In this document: positions 25,747 through 38,836 of the stretch, piece by piece
How positions within the stretch are numbered: position 1 is the first letter of the stretch
Layout of the letters: every line of letters begins with the position of its first letter
Origin: Squalus acanthias
Taxonomy: Eukaryota
Direction: 5' to 3'
Length of the DNA: 64,000 bases
Assembly (NCBI GenBank): GCA_030390025.1
Contig: CM059431.1
Span: 123,568,001-123,632,000, forward strand
Translations under genes and position numbers: made by a program
Notes under the pieces: model-generated
Databases searched by the model: none
What the model was told of the DNA's origin: nothing
The model's input: only the letters and a program-made list of their open reading frames with translations

Positions 25747-28700
25747 AGGGATAACAGAGCAGGAGAGAACCCTGAACCCTTTAAATAGGATTCAGGGTCC
25801 TTGATGACTGTTCGCACCATGATTTGTTGGGTAAATTTATCACGTGACGAGTCTGGCGCTGGGGCAGACCAATTTCACACTAGTTTCCTACAACCAGCGT
25901 TTACAATGATGTTTCTGAATACTTAAGGTGTGCACCTTTGCCGCCTATGGGGATGCCTGATCCAATATGGCAGACGTCATACCCGCCATATTGGACCCTT
26001 AGGCCCCATTTCACACCTGAAAAATGGGTACGACACAATCCAATTTCTGGGCCGCAGACTTGGTAACAATTCTTAACTGCTTTTTGTTGATACTTTCCCC
26101 GAGGGAATGCCGCACATACTTTTTCTACATTTCACTGTAAAAATGCCCTATCAGCATTTAACAAGCAGTTGTTTCCACTTTTTGCTATTTGTCTTTCAAC
26201 AGTTTAATTATGGGAATAAACCACATAATGGTGGCAGCAACAGATTTGTTAGTCAACTTATGATAAAATACCCGCAGTGCTCACCAGTTTACTTGCGTCT
26301 GCTGTTTCCTGGCACTTTACTCCCAGAGGAAAATATGCCCTGTTGTGGGTTTATATCGTCACGATTACATTTTGTTCAGGATTAGCCTGTCAGAATGAGC
26401 ACAATCAGATTTTACATAATTATAAATGTAGGTTGTTTGGGAATGCAAGTTGAATTTCCATTGCTGGTTTTAAGTGCCTATATTTTCACACATATAAAAG
26501 GTATAGAACACCAGGTGCAGTTTTGTATAGCAGCTGTTTCTGCAGCACAACACTTGAAACCTATTTTTATATGCATTATAATTACTGTGGAAATTACCAT
26601 GGCTACCTTAATTGTATTTACTGTTTGTTGTGTTAACCAATATTGATCATATACTAATAAACAGCTGTTTACATGGAAATTTAAATGCTATGTATTAGCT
26701 GTAATTATTGTAATGCGGGAAAGTATTAATGAAGCAGTGCAAGCCGTGATTTTAAAATTTTCCACAGCACCAGTGACTGAAGTCACGTGACTCATACTGC
26801 AGCTGAACTGAAGACTTGAGCTCCCAGAGGTCATCGGCCATGAGCATGTCAAGGCACCCAACATGAGCAACAGAAGCCTTCCACCAGCTTTGCTGACGCC
26901 ACTTGGGAAGAACCTTGTCGGAGTAGCTGAGTTTGTAAAGCTTTTTTAAGTAAGGCACTTGGGTGAGAAATTAATTCGAGGCAGTTATTGTGTTTGGCAT
27001 TAAATTCATCTTTTCACATTTGGCACTTTGGTCTGTGGTGTAGTTTCATAGCAGCTTGTGAAAGATGGCTGAGTGGTTACAATGTTCTTTAGTGCAGGGT
27101 TATGGGAGTGGTGAAGGATGCGGTATAGACTATTAACGCAGAGTGGCTTTGTGTAACTTTTCAGGGGAGATGAATGAGCAGGTCACCTGAAGCATTCTTT
27201 TATGAATTCATCCCTGGCACCTCCAGCTTCAAGGCATGATGGTTGCCCTCCTTTTGCTTCTTTCTTGCCTTCGCCCAAGTCTTCCTCATCAGTTGATGCA
27301 TGTCACCATTGCTCTGCCTCCTCCAAATACAATCCCCTCTGCAGTGGCAGGTTGTGCAAGATGCGGCATATTGTCGGGAGCTCCCAGTCCTTTATTTCAA
27401 GAGCCCTATAGTATGCTCAATGATCATCCTGGAGGTCCCATGGCTCTGGTTGTATCTCAGTTGTTTGGCCGTGATGGGGTTGCAGAGGGTGTCATCAGCC
27501 ATATGTATTACTTGTCCCCAAGCAGCCATCCACTAACTTTCCTAAAAGGGTGAAATAATAGGGCATGGTTGACTGTCTCAGGATTAACGCATTGTGACAA
27601 CTGCCTGCAAACCTGACACAGACTGGCATGATCCTATTGCTGTAATCACAGACTAGCTGCACATTAATGGAGTGAAATTCCTTCCCATTTCTGACTGGTC
27701 TTTTAGTGTTTTGATGGCTAAATGTATGCTTCTCTTCTTAGGCAGTCCCTCGGAACCGAGGATGACTTGCTTCCACACTAAAAATGAGTTCTCAGGTGAC
27801 TGAGTCCAATGCGGGACCTACAGTCTCTGTCACAGGTGGGGCAGACGGTGGTTGAAGGGACGGGTGGGTGGGGTGCTTGGGTTGACGTGCACTCCTTCTG
27901 CTGTTTGCGCTTGGCTTCCACTTGCTCACGGCGAAGGGACTCGAGGTGTTCGGCGCCTTCCCGGATGCTTCTCCTCCACTTTGTGCGGTCTTGGGCCAGG
28001 GATTCCCAGGTGTTGGTGGGGATGTTGCACTTTTTCAAGGAGGCTTTGAGGGTGTCCTTGAAGCGTTTCCTCTGCCCACCTGGGGCTCTCTTGCCGTGTC
28101 AGAGCTCCAAGTAGAGTGCTTGTTTTGTGAGTCTCGTATTGGGCATGCGGACGATGTGGCCCGTCCATCGCAGCTGATCGAGCATGGTCAAAGCTTCAAT
28201 GCTGGGGACGTTGGCATGAGCGAGAACACTGACATTGGTGCGCTTATCCTGCCAATGGATTTGCAGGATCTTGCGGAGGCAGCGTTGGTGGTACCACTCC
28301 AGTGCTTTGAGGGGCCTGCTGTACATGGTCCATGTCTCTGAAGCATACAGGAGGGTGGGTATTAGTACTGCTCTGTAGACCATGAGCTTGGTGCTGGGTT
28401 TGAGGTCCTGGTCTTCAAACACTCTCTTCCTCAGGCGACCGAAGGCTGCACTGGCACACTGAAGGTGGTGTTGGACTTCGTCATCGACTTCTGCCCTTGT
28501 TGACAGGCTCCCGAGGTATGGAAAGTGGTCCACGTTGTCCAAGGGATCGTCATGGATTTTGATAATCGGGGAGCAGTACTGTGTGGCAGGGGCAGGTTGG
28601 TAGAAGACTTTTGTCTTATGGATGTTTAGTGTAAGGCCCATGCTCTCGTACGCTTCGGTGAAGGTGTTGACGATGGTTTGGAGTTCGACCTCAGAGTGTG

Positions 28701-29823
28701 TGCAGATGCAAGCGTAGTCTGCAAACTGTAATTCGATGACAAAGGATGGGACAACCTTGGATCTGGACTGGAGGCGACGGAGGTTGAACAGTTTCCCGTT
28801 TGTTCTGTAGATTAGCTCCACTCCAGCGGGGAGCTTACTGAGGGTGAGATGGAGCATTGCAGTCAGGATGATTGAGAAGAGCATTGGTGCGATGACACAG
28901 CCTTGCTTGACCCCGGTCCATACGTGAATTGGGTCTGTGGTGGAACCGTTGGTCAGGATCATGGCTTGCATGTCGTCGTGAAGCAGGCAGAGGATGGTGA
29001 CAAACTTTTGAGGGCAGCCGAATTTGAGGAGGACACTCCATAATCCCTCATGGTTGACAGTGTCGAAGGCCTTTGTGAGGGCAAAGAAGGCTATGTACAG
29101 TGGTTGGTGCTGTTCCCTGCATTTCTCTTGTAGTTGACGTGTGGTGAAGATCATGTCCATTGTGCCCCTTAGTGGGCGGAATCTGCATTGCGACTCTGGG
29201 AGGAGCTCTTCAGCCACTGGGAGAAGGCGATTGAGGAGGATTCTTACGATGACTTTCCCTGTGGCAGACAGCAGGGAGACTCCTCTGTAATTACCGCAAT
29301 CGGACTTGTCACCTTTCTTGAAGATGGTCACGATTACGGCATCTCTGAGATCCCCTAGCATGCTCTCCTCCTTCCAAATAAGAGAAATTAGTTCATGTAT
29401 TCGCACCAATAGTGCTTCTCCACCATGTTTTAGTGCCTCAGCGGGGATTCCATCTGCTCCTGAGGCCTTGTTGTTCTTCAGTTGTCAGATGGCCTTTTCA
29501 ACCTCATGCCGGGCTGGGGTTGTGCTGAGATGGTGGCAGGGTAGCATGCTGTGGGATGGAGTTGACGACATTCGCGTCAAAGACAGAGTCTCGGTTAAGG
29601 AGATCTTTGAAGTGCTCCTTCCAGCGGGCACTGACTGCCTCTCTGTCCTTGATGAGTATCTCTCCGTTCTTGGCCTGCAGTGGGATAGGACCTTGGGTGC
29701 TTGGGCTGTAGGTGGTCTTGACTGTGCTAAAGAATCCACGCACGTCGTGGTTGTCGGCTAGCTGCTGGATCTCCTGCGCTTTCTCCACCCACCATCTGTT
29801 CTTTAGGTCGCGAGTTTTTTGTT

Positions 29824-31977
29824 TGTAAGGTTTCCAAAATTTCCAGATCCACAAAACCTAAGGAAAAAGGACTTTGGAACTACCTCAGAGTGATAAAAAT
29901 ACATTTGGGCCTAACATAAGGAATTTAAGACCAAAACCAAGTTTTGGCATTTTAAAAACATGTCTGGGCCTGTAAAGGGAGAAAAGGCTGTGAAGGAAGC
30001 TGGGTTCGACCTCTGTAAAAGCAGTTTGGGTATTGCAGTTAATTGCAATGTCTGGGGAATTGGGATGACCTCACTCAAAGCCCCAGCAAGCATTAACATT
30101 TTGACAATAGACCCTAGGAGGAGACAGTCCCACCCAAAATAACAGGCCCCCATCAAACCGATTACAGAACCCATTAATGACATGCATAAAGCAAATATTC
30201 TATACGAAGTCCGAGACCCAGTCAAGAAACCCAAAACATGAGGACAATTCAAACTCCGATTAAACAACAGATCAACAGGATGGAGCTATCCTGAAACCAC
30301 TTCACACATTTACAAAACCAGTTAACACGCTAGTAACGTCATTACTGTTAACGAGGTCTTACAATGACCAGGATTTGATTTTGTTTTGATTAAGGCCACT
30401 TCAATTTAGTATAATTGAAGGCCCATCAAGCAGTTCAACAGAAAGCAGTAACAACAGTTTCAAGTTCGAGTTCTCCAGCAAGGAGTTCAACAAGCAGGCA
30501 GAAGGAAGGTTCCACAGTTCTGCAAGAAGGCAGTTCCACAGCTTGGAAGAAGACAGTTTAAACAGAGGCAGAGTTCAACAGAAAGATGTTCAACAAAGAA
30601 GGCCAACAGCTCCAGAAGTAGGTCGACACGCAAGAAGAGACCAGAGCGACCGCCTCAGTGACCATCGGACACCTCGCGTCAACAAGGGCCTTACGAATCT
30701 TTTTACTCAAAAGACTCTAAACCCTAAGGGGGAAAAATTCAGTTGGTTGCGCCTCCCGTTAGCGCCTTAAGAGGGCGCTAATGGGGCGCAAAGCATCTAG
30801 CGCCCAGGCGCGGCGAAGTTTGTGCCGCTCGTGAAATTAACTAGACATTTTGTGGCGGCGCTAAACACTACCGCCACGATCTCCTGCGCCGGCAGATCAT
30901 GACGTCACTCGAGTGCACAACGCCCCGGTATCGCCCCGGAGCGGATATTGAGTGGCGCACCCTGCCTTACCGCCTGACACTAGCAACGACAGGTTGAGGG
31001 GAGCGTTCTGCAGTCAAGAAGGGAAAGGGGGAGCGCTATTTAAAGGTGTCCGCTTCCTGCCTTTTATTGTAGGTGCCATTTTTGAACTATGCATTCTGAG
31101 AGAGAGAGGGAGAGACTTCTGGAGAGATTCAACGTTGTGTGAAGGAGTTTTGGGTACTGAGCAGCACTTTGCAGGTTCATTTTGATTTGCCATTCCTTGT
31201 ATCGATTTAGCAGAGAGTGTGGGGGCTGCACTCTGAGCTCTTTGCCTGGTACTCTCCATTGTTCTTTCCAGCACATTTGATGTGCAGGTCTCTCCAGGCC
31301 GAGATTCAAGGCTGCAATGAGCAGGATGTGGATGGAAAGCAAGATTAACCATCCCCTTTAAGAACTGGCCCGTGCCATTGTGTGTGTGTTCCATTGCTGA
31401 CTGACATTACATGAGCTTCGCCAGCGCTCTGAGGTAACGCCTCGCTCCTCGGCATTTGCGCCTTAAGACAGGTGTGAAGCGCCTGATATAGCGCTGCAAT
31501 CACCTCCAGGGGCGATAAAAGTCAAGTTTGCAGTCGGTGGCGATAATTAGCGCCAGGCGCTAATCTTTGCACCCGGCCGATAATTGCGCCCCAAATGGGG
31601 CGATACTGAATTTCTCCCCCTATCTCTCAACTGTCAACGATTCGTTTGGTGAACATTATCCCTGGTTCTCCAGAGTCCAACCTAGCTAGTGAAGTGGGAA
31701 TCGGAGGGGTGAAGTATTCTTCTAATGTTATTTCCCTCGCCTGTACCGTGTGTTCCCCAACCTGTGTTTAAGTATTAAGTGGGTTTTAAGATTGTTTCTG
31801 TTGTATTTACCTTTTCTTGAATAAAAGTTAAAGTTCTTTCATCAAAACCTGTTGTCTACTGCACCTTTGTTCACGACCCCTAAATAAGTCCAAGGTCTAG
31901 AACCAGGGGAGTGGGAGTGATTTGAACCGCTCACTGAAGTCAGAGGTGAAGCTGACCCGACCACGCCAGCCCCTACA
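29824..31977 (+). mobile_element. Solo LTR (family LTR-c) carrying a MITE
   Basis: TGTAAGG...CCCTACA termini, AATAAA at ~31820, short GTT duplication. Homologous to 61342-62681. Confidence 0.85.
30728..31620. mobile_element. Harbinger MITE
   Basis: TIRs GGGGGAAAAATTCAGT and ACTGAATTTCTCCCCC, TSD TAA/TAT. The empty site CCCTAACTCTC is present in the LTR copy at ~62327. Confidence 0.88.
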
Positions 31978-33619
31978 GTTGGACCTCGGCCTTCAGGCGT
32001 CTGTAGAGCTGTTTTCTTGCTCTCGAGTTCTGTTGCTGTTTCCAGATCAGGAATGCTTTGCGCTTGTGGCTTATTAGCTCCTGGATCTCCTGGTCGTTCT
32101 CTTCGAAACAGTCTTGGTGTTTCCTGGTCGAGTGACCGAGTTCTCTTCACAGGTGCTGATTATGGAGGCCTTGAGTGCAGACCAGGCGCTGTGGACACTC
32201 TGTGTCTCTGAACCACTGGGAGTCGTCAGGTTGGTTGTGAGGCGCAGGTGAATAGGGCTTTCTTAGCAGGGTCTTTGAGTGCTCCAGCGTTGATTTTCCT
32301 GCGGCATTGCTTCTGTTGCCGCCTGCTGTTTTGGGGCTACATTGATGGAGATGACAGAGTGGATTAGGCGGTGGTCAGTCCAGCAGTCGTCATCTCCTGT
32401 CGTGGCGCGGGTGATGCGGACGTCCTTGCAGTCCCTCGCTCGGACGATGACGTTGTCCAGCAGATGCCAGTACTTGGAGCGAGGGTGATGCCATGAAGCC
32501 TTGTACTTGTCTCTCTGACGAAACAAGGTGTTGGTTATGACAAGGCCATGTTCTAAGCATTTCGTTCGGAGGAGGGTACCGTTGGAGTTGACTTTCCCTA
32601 CCTCCTCTCTGCCGATCACACCTCCCCAGAGGTCTGTGTCCTTTCCAACTCTGGCATTAAAGTCACCAAGGCAGATCAGCTTGTTGCCCGTTGGGACTCG
32701 GGACAGGGATTGTTCGAGGCTGGAGTAGAATTCCTCTTTGGTCCCATCTGTGTCTTACAGTGTTGGGGCGTACGCACTGATGACTGTAGCGCACTGGTTC
32801 CGGGCTAGGGCGAGCCGTAGAGTCATGAGGCGTTCGTTTATTCCACAAGGGGAGTCTCTGAGACATTCAACTAGCTCATTTTTTATGGCGAAGCCTACCC
32901 CATGGAGGCGGCATTCTTCTTCAGGTTTGCCTTTCAAGAAGAAGGTGTAACCACCGCCTTGCTCCTTGAGCTAGGCCTTCCCTGCCTGCCGGGTCTCACG
33001 TAGGCCGGCGCCCTAAGCGAGACCCGGCAGGCAGGGGAAGGCCAGTGAGTGTGTCCCGATGTGTCTCCTTCCAGTGAGTGTATCCCGCGGTGTCTCCTTC
33101 TAGTGAGTGTGTCCCGTGGTGTCTCCTTCCAGTGTATGCAATCTATAACCCACTGCACACAAGGTAAGCCAACCACTGCTGCAATTCCCAGACATCTATC
33201 ATTTTGACCGTTGGCATCCATAGGGAAGGTGACGTATTGGTTGGTCCTGGGCATTGGTGACCTGCTTGATGCATTTGAGCACTGCAAACTGGCAGATGCG
33301 GGAGATGTTCCCTGTAGCACCCTGGAACGAGCCTCAGGCAAGGAAGTTAAGGGTGGTGGTCACTTCCACAGCCACTGGCAAAGCATGGCTACCGGCTACT
33401 CCTCCTGGTTATTCATTCTGCTGCTGTTGTTGTTGCTGCTCCTTTGCCTCCATCCAAATCAAAGCAGCATGAATGGCATCCATTATAAACTCAGAGCTTA
33501 TTCAGGGTGAGTAAGGCAAAACATATCAGAAACAAGCAATGTCCAAACTCAAACATCTCTTGAAAATCCAAAATGCACAAGAGCACGCAGACCCCTATGA
33601 TCTGAGTGCCTGCAACAGA

Positions 33620-34272
33620 GGGCGCGATCTTGCCAGCCCTGGGGAGGCGGGTATGGAGGTGGGACTGCCGGGAAAATGGCAGAATCTGGGGGCGGGTGCC
33701 CAACCCGCCCCCAACCCGCCTCCGTGCCACCTTGCCAGGAGGCGGGTAGCCGACCCGCGCCAACACAAGTGCGGGCTTCCCGAAGGCTCCGAACCCCACC
33801 AGGGTCACCGAGGCGAGTAGTGGGTCTGCGGGGGTCTGCGGGTGGCAAAAGTGCGCTGTGAAGATAAGTGATGGGTGCAAGTGTGGAGAGGTAAGCATGT
33901 GAGGTAAGTGGAAAGTGTTAGGAAAAGTTTACATACCTTTGTTTCTTCCTGCAGGCATCAAGAGTTGGGTATGCGGAGAGTCTCGCACCTCCGCGGCAGA
34001 GATGACAGATGGCTGCTGCATTCTCCAATGCAACAACCATCTAATTTCTGCAAAAGAAAGAGGTTTGATGAGGTCTTGAATTCAATCACTTACCTGGAAC
34101 TTGGAGCACTAGCCTGTACAGCCTCCTAGCGCAGCGCCAGCTCGATTATGATGAGGCCCGAGGCCCAAAATCCGGGGCTCCTCAGATCTCATCATTTGAG
34201 CGCAGGCTGTTAACATCGTGACCGGGCGGGGGTGGTGCACCCAAAAATGGGTGCTCCTGAATTTAACAACCA
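33620..34272. mobile_element. Probable Harbinger-type MITE
   Basis: GC-rich island starting GGGCGCGATCTT with subterminal CCCGCC/GGCGGG motifs as in Harbinger A. Ends poorly matched. Confidence 0.45.
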
Positions 34273-34819
34273 TTATCAGGTCATTTATCTCATTGCTATT
34301 TGTGGGGCCTTGCTGCTTGCAATTTTGCTGCTGCACTTGCCTACATAACAGCAGTGCCAAGACTTCGAAAGTAATGAATTGGCTGTGAAGGGTTTTGGGA
34401 CAGCTCGAGGATGTGAAAGAAGCTATATCGATGCAAGTTCTTTCTTTCCTGGCCTGATAGATTTTGATTGACAGCCTAGCACTCAGCTTATGGCGAGATC
34501 ATGAGGCCAGAGTCTTTACTCAAAAAAGCATTTAAAAGAACAAAGTGCCTTTTATGAGAAGGTTCCTGGAGGACTGTGCTCTGATATCAGAGGGAGAGCT
34601 GAGATGCTAAATAAGAATACATTTCTGGTCTGGAGAGGCTACAAAACAAGAGATAAAACATGTTTGATTCTTAGACTTAAAAATATTACAATAAATGTAA
34701 TTGCAACTGCTGGCAAATGTATTAATGTGGTGTTGTAAACAAGACATTATATGGCCTGAAGAGACATTCAAAAAATAAATAGAATGTGTTTGATTCCAGT
34801 AACTAAAAATGTTAATGTA

Positions 34820-35468
34820 AGCCTTGATTTTAACTCGGGGCGAGCGTGGGATTGGCGAAGCAAGCTTCAAGCTTGTCCTACCTCGCTGACAATAAGGCCC
34901 AGGCTATTTTAACCCTCAACCCTCATTTAAGTACATGAGGTCTGACTCCTGGTCAAACCCACCGTCAATGACGTTGAGCCAGCAGGCGGAAGTTGGGCGA
35001 GCACAGTGAGCTCGGCAGGAGGTTACAGCCGGTGACCCATAAGAACGGTCCCCGGCAAGGCAAGTGAGGTGAGAGGTGTGAGCAATCACAGAAAGGCTGA
35101 ACAAGGGATGCCCAAGAATTCCTTGTGGGGCCCGGAGGAGCACTTTTCCAGGGCCCAGAAGGAAACACTTAAAAAAAATAATTAAACTTTACTTACCTGG
35201 GTCTATTTTGGCCCTGGATCCACTTCCCCACAGCTTCCACTGGCATAGTGTGAAAATTGGGTGCTGGTCCTAATGCTGTCATTGGACCACAACTTTTACA
35301 TTTTATTGTGTCCCTAACCCGCCTGAGGTGAGAGCCTGGCAGGTTGGATGAGACGCACCTGATTAGAGTAAGATTGGGGTGTGGACCAGGTGAGTGCCAC
35401 ATTGCCTCTGTTTTATTCACTCGCATACCCCATTCTCAGTGCGTTTGCGGGGGATTAAAATTGAGGCT
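34820..35468. mobile_element. Harbinger-type MITE
   Basis: TIRs AGCCTTGATTTTAA and TTAAAATTGAGGCT. Confidence 0.65.
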
Positions 35469-36173
35469 TTAATATTTGGCTCGGGTTGTGTTCTGCTACT
35501 GTATGTGGAGTGGGCTCTGTTGTTCTGGCTTTCCAATTTACTGCGGTCTTAATAAACTTATTTGTCTTACTCGGCCATATGCAGCATTCCATCTGAAGCA
35601 AGTAATGAGAAAGAGGTTCAGCTGTGCCCTCAGACAATTGGACAATGAGATCATGGACCCTCACGACGCATTCATGGAGTCAATTCACTCTGCGTTATGC
35701 AGAATAAACAGCTTCTCATGGAGTGGAAAAGCCCTTCATGTTTCTACTGACAGGTCTTTCACTATGCCTAATTTACTCTTAGCATCTTGTAAAAATGTTC
35801 TTTTGGCTGACCTATTTGTGATCTGTCTCACTATCTATGGAGCCCAGTGCATCCGAAGCTTGAAACTTTCTCACTGAGCAGTACAAAACTTCAGAGTCAA
35901 AATTCACGGCACTGAAGTAGGAACTAGATTTTAGTTGCTCCGTTCTAACATCAAGTACACTCCCTCCACTATCAATTGGGTTATGCAACAGAGGTGGATC
36001 TTGCAATTAACTTAATGTGAATTTCTGCCCTTTGCTGGTCACTGGTTAGAAGATATTCGGTAACCTTTGTCATGTACCTCCATGGCCTCACCACTCCCTA
36101 GCTCTGTAACCTCCTCCAGCCCTGCAACCCTCCAGGATCTATGTGCTCCTCCAATTCTGGCCTCTTGAGCATC

Positions 36174-37182
36174 TGTAACCGGTTTCTGCGGTGGCCAATT
36201 TCCTATAGGCCCTGCTGCAATCGCCAATTATTGTAAGTGGTTTCACCCCGCCCGTAGCGAGCACGCAAACCCCCTTACTACAAGTTCTGGACGATAGGGA
36301 TTACTGAGGACAGATTGGAACGCGGACAGCATTTTCGGGCTCACCCGTACAGTGTTTATTAAGGTTGAGAAAACCACTCCACTTGCATACAGTACGAGCG
36401 GTGTGAGCACAACAGTACAGTTTAAAACAGTACAACCCTGACTTGTCCAACAAGCCCCTGCTGTGCTGACTTACCACGGCCTAAAAACACCCTCCCGTGA
36501 ACTAAACTATCACAGGACCCTTCCAACGCTAAACCCCCTCTGGTTTGGTAGGAACATACAGGCACCCCCTCACACAGCTAAGTGATCTTGTGGGTTTGCA
36601 GGCTTTGCAATGCTCACCTAGATTGCCCTTGATCTTGCTTGCAGCTTCCTCCCGTACGTCTCGGCTACCTGGTTCCGTACCGGCCTTGCGGCATGCGAGT
36701 CCCAGTCTGAGTTGAAGTCCGTCTCGGTTGGAAGAGCAAGGCTCAGCTCCTCTTGACGTTCCGTTGTGGGGAGGGCAGGAGAGAGAGAGAGAGCTATCCA
36801 AAACAGCTCTCTGATATACCCCTCCAATACACAGACCGCTGTCTGTGGTTTTAATGGACACATGGCCTCAGGGAAATGGTTTCCAGGCCTCCTCCCAGGT
36901 TTGGATGGTTTAGATCTCGTTTCGATCTCCCAGCCGATTTTACTTAACGAGCTCATCTTCTTCAGAAACAATGAGTCGCCAGCCTCGTTATTCATGACTT
37001 GGGAGTGGGCCTCTCGGGCCATTGTTCCCAAGGACAGTCCGTTACCATATGAACCTGGTTACGTCAGCCACCTTCAGCTTGAGTGTTTTTCCACAGCTTC
37101 CCCCCCAAACAGCCTGTCCAGTTTTTAATAAGGGTATATGTCCATAATATAAAAATCCATGGAGTCTGCGCTGACTGCTACA
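36174..37182 (-). mobile_element. Solo LTR, about 1.0 kb (family LTR-d), inside an L2 3' fragment
   Basis: TGTAAC...CTACA termini, perfect TSD CATC, AATAAA on minus at ~36355. Confidence 0.88.
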
Positions 37183-37559
37183 CATCCCCGATTTTAATTA
37201 CTCCACCATTAGTAGTTGTGCCTTCTGTTGCCTAGGCCCTAAGCTTCTGTAATTCCTTCCCTAAACCTTTCTGCCTCTCTACCTCTCTTTCCTTCTTTAA
37301 GACGCTCCTTAAAACCTACCTCTTTGACCAAGCTTTTGATCATCCATCCTAATATTTCCTTATGTGGCTCAGTGTCAAATTTTGTTTGTTAACACTCCTG
37401 TGAAGTGCGTTGGGATGTTTTACTATATTAAAGGTGCAAAAAAATTCAAGTTATTGTTGTTAAAGTGCATGAATAAAGATCAATTAAGTGAATTAAATTG
37501 TTAAAACTAAAATGTTCCTGAGGTGATTAAGCAAAATACAACTGATGTCAGGGACCTCA

Positions 37560-38513
37560 CAACTGCACCAATTGTAATCTGCACTTGCGTGACATGCTGA
37601 TACCCAGCTCTATTTCAATATCACCTCTCTTGACCCCTCCGCAGCCTCTAATTTGTCACGCTGCTTGTTCGACACCCAGTATTGGGTAAGCAGAAATTTC
37701 CTCCAATTAACTATTGGGAAGAACAAAGCCATTGGCTTTGGCCCCACCACAAACTCCGTTCCCTAGCCAACAATTCCATCACCCTCCCTGGCCACTCTCT
37801 CAGGCTGAACCAGACTGTTCGCAACCTCGCCATCCTCTTTGAACCTGAACTGAGCTTTCGACCCCATATTTTCTCCATCAACAAAACCGCCTACTTCCAC
37901 CTCCATAATACCACCTGTTTCTGCCCCTGCCTCAACCCGTCTGCTGCTGAAAACTTATCCATGCTTTTCTTTCCTGCAAACTCGTCTATTCCAAAGCTCC
38001 CCTGGCCAACCTCCCATCTTCTACCCTCCGTAAACTTCAGCTCATCCAAAATTCTGCGGCACAAACCCTAACTCGCATCAAGTCCCGTTCACCCATCACC
38101 CCTGTGCTCGCTGACATACATTGGCTCCCAGGACAGCAACGCCTCAAATTCAAAATTCTCATCCTTGTGATTAAATCCCTCCATGGCCTCACCGCTCCCT
38201 ATTTCTGTAATCTCTTGCAGCCTTACAAACCTCCGAGTACCCTGCGTTCCTCCAATTCTGGCCTCTTGCGCATCCCCGATTTCCTTTGCCTCACTATTGC
38301 CGGCCATGCCTTCAGCTGTCTAGGCCCTAAACTCTGGAATTCCCTCCCAAAGCCTCACCATCTCTCTACCCCTCCCCTCCTTTGAAGCTCTCCTTAAAAC
38401 CTATCTTTTGACCAAGTTTTTGGTCACCTGTCCTAATTCTCCTTTTTTGGCTCGATGTCTGATAACACTCCTGTGAAAGGCCTTGGGATGTTGTACTACG
38501 GTAACAGCATTAT
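37560..38513 (+). mobile_element. L2 LINE 3' fragment. Another fragment lies at 36078-36173 and 37183-37460.
   Basis: VRNLAILF, HITPVLADIHWLP..RLKFKIL, AFSCLGPKLWNSLP. Confidence 0.85.
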
Positions 38514-38836
38514 GGCCTAGAAAATGGATATGGCCACAAAACAGGCAGTGTTGAGGTCCAACGATGTTAACCTGCGTCAGGTCAAAATGGTCTAGGTAGC
38601 ATGCAAAATTCATGCTCAGTCCTCATTAACATGATTATAATCTTGATCTCAGCGCTAAAACCACTTCTCATTGGCTTACCACTCAACAGGTGGGCCATTA
38701 TCGGGTCCAGTCTAATTCTCAGTCATGTTCGGCACAGACTTTATTCAGTACTTAAAGGGGAAGTGCGTTGATGCTACAGCACCTCATTGTCAATTCACTT
38801 ACAACTTCACCTGGAAGAGGACAGCAGTGGAAGCAC

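Larger units (their letters stand above)
23030..26053. mobile_element. Internally deleted Harbinger C
   Basis: Myb remnant on plus (QCQNKFNDL at ~23290). Transposase remnant on minus, ~24118-24845 (IDCTY, ARFPGSSHDVFLL). Right TIR AATTTCTGGGCC. Left end unclear. Confidence 0.75.
27730..32990 (-). mobile_element. RTE-clade LINE (BovB-like), interrupted by a solo LTR
   Basis: RT ORF 28099-29409 (KAFDTV, GVKQGC, FADY, QLRWTGHIVRM). Endonuclease 32263-32970 (HGVGFAI, SAYAPT, WTDH). Confidence 0.92.
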
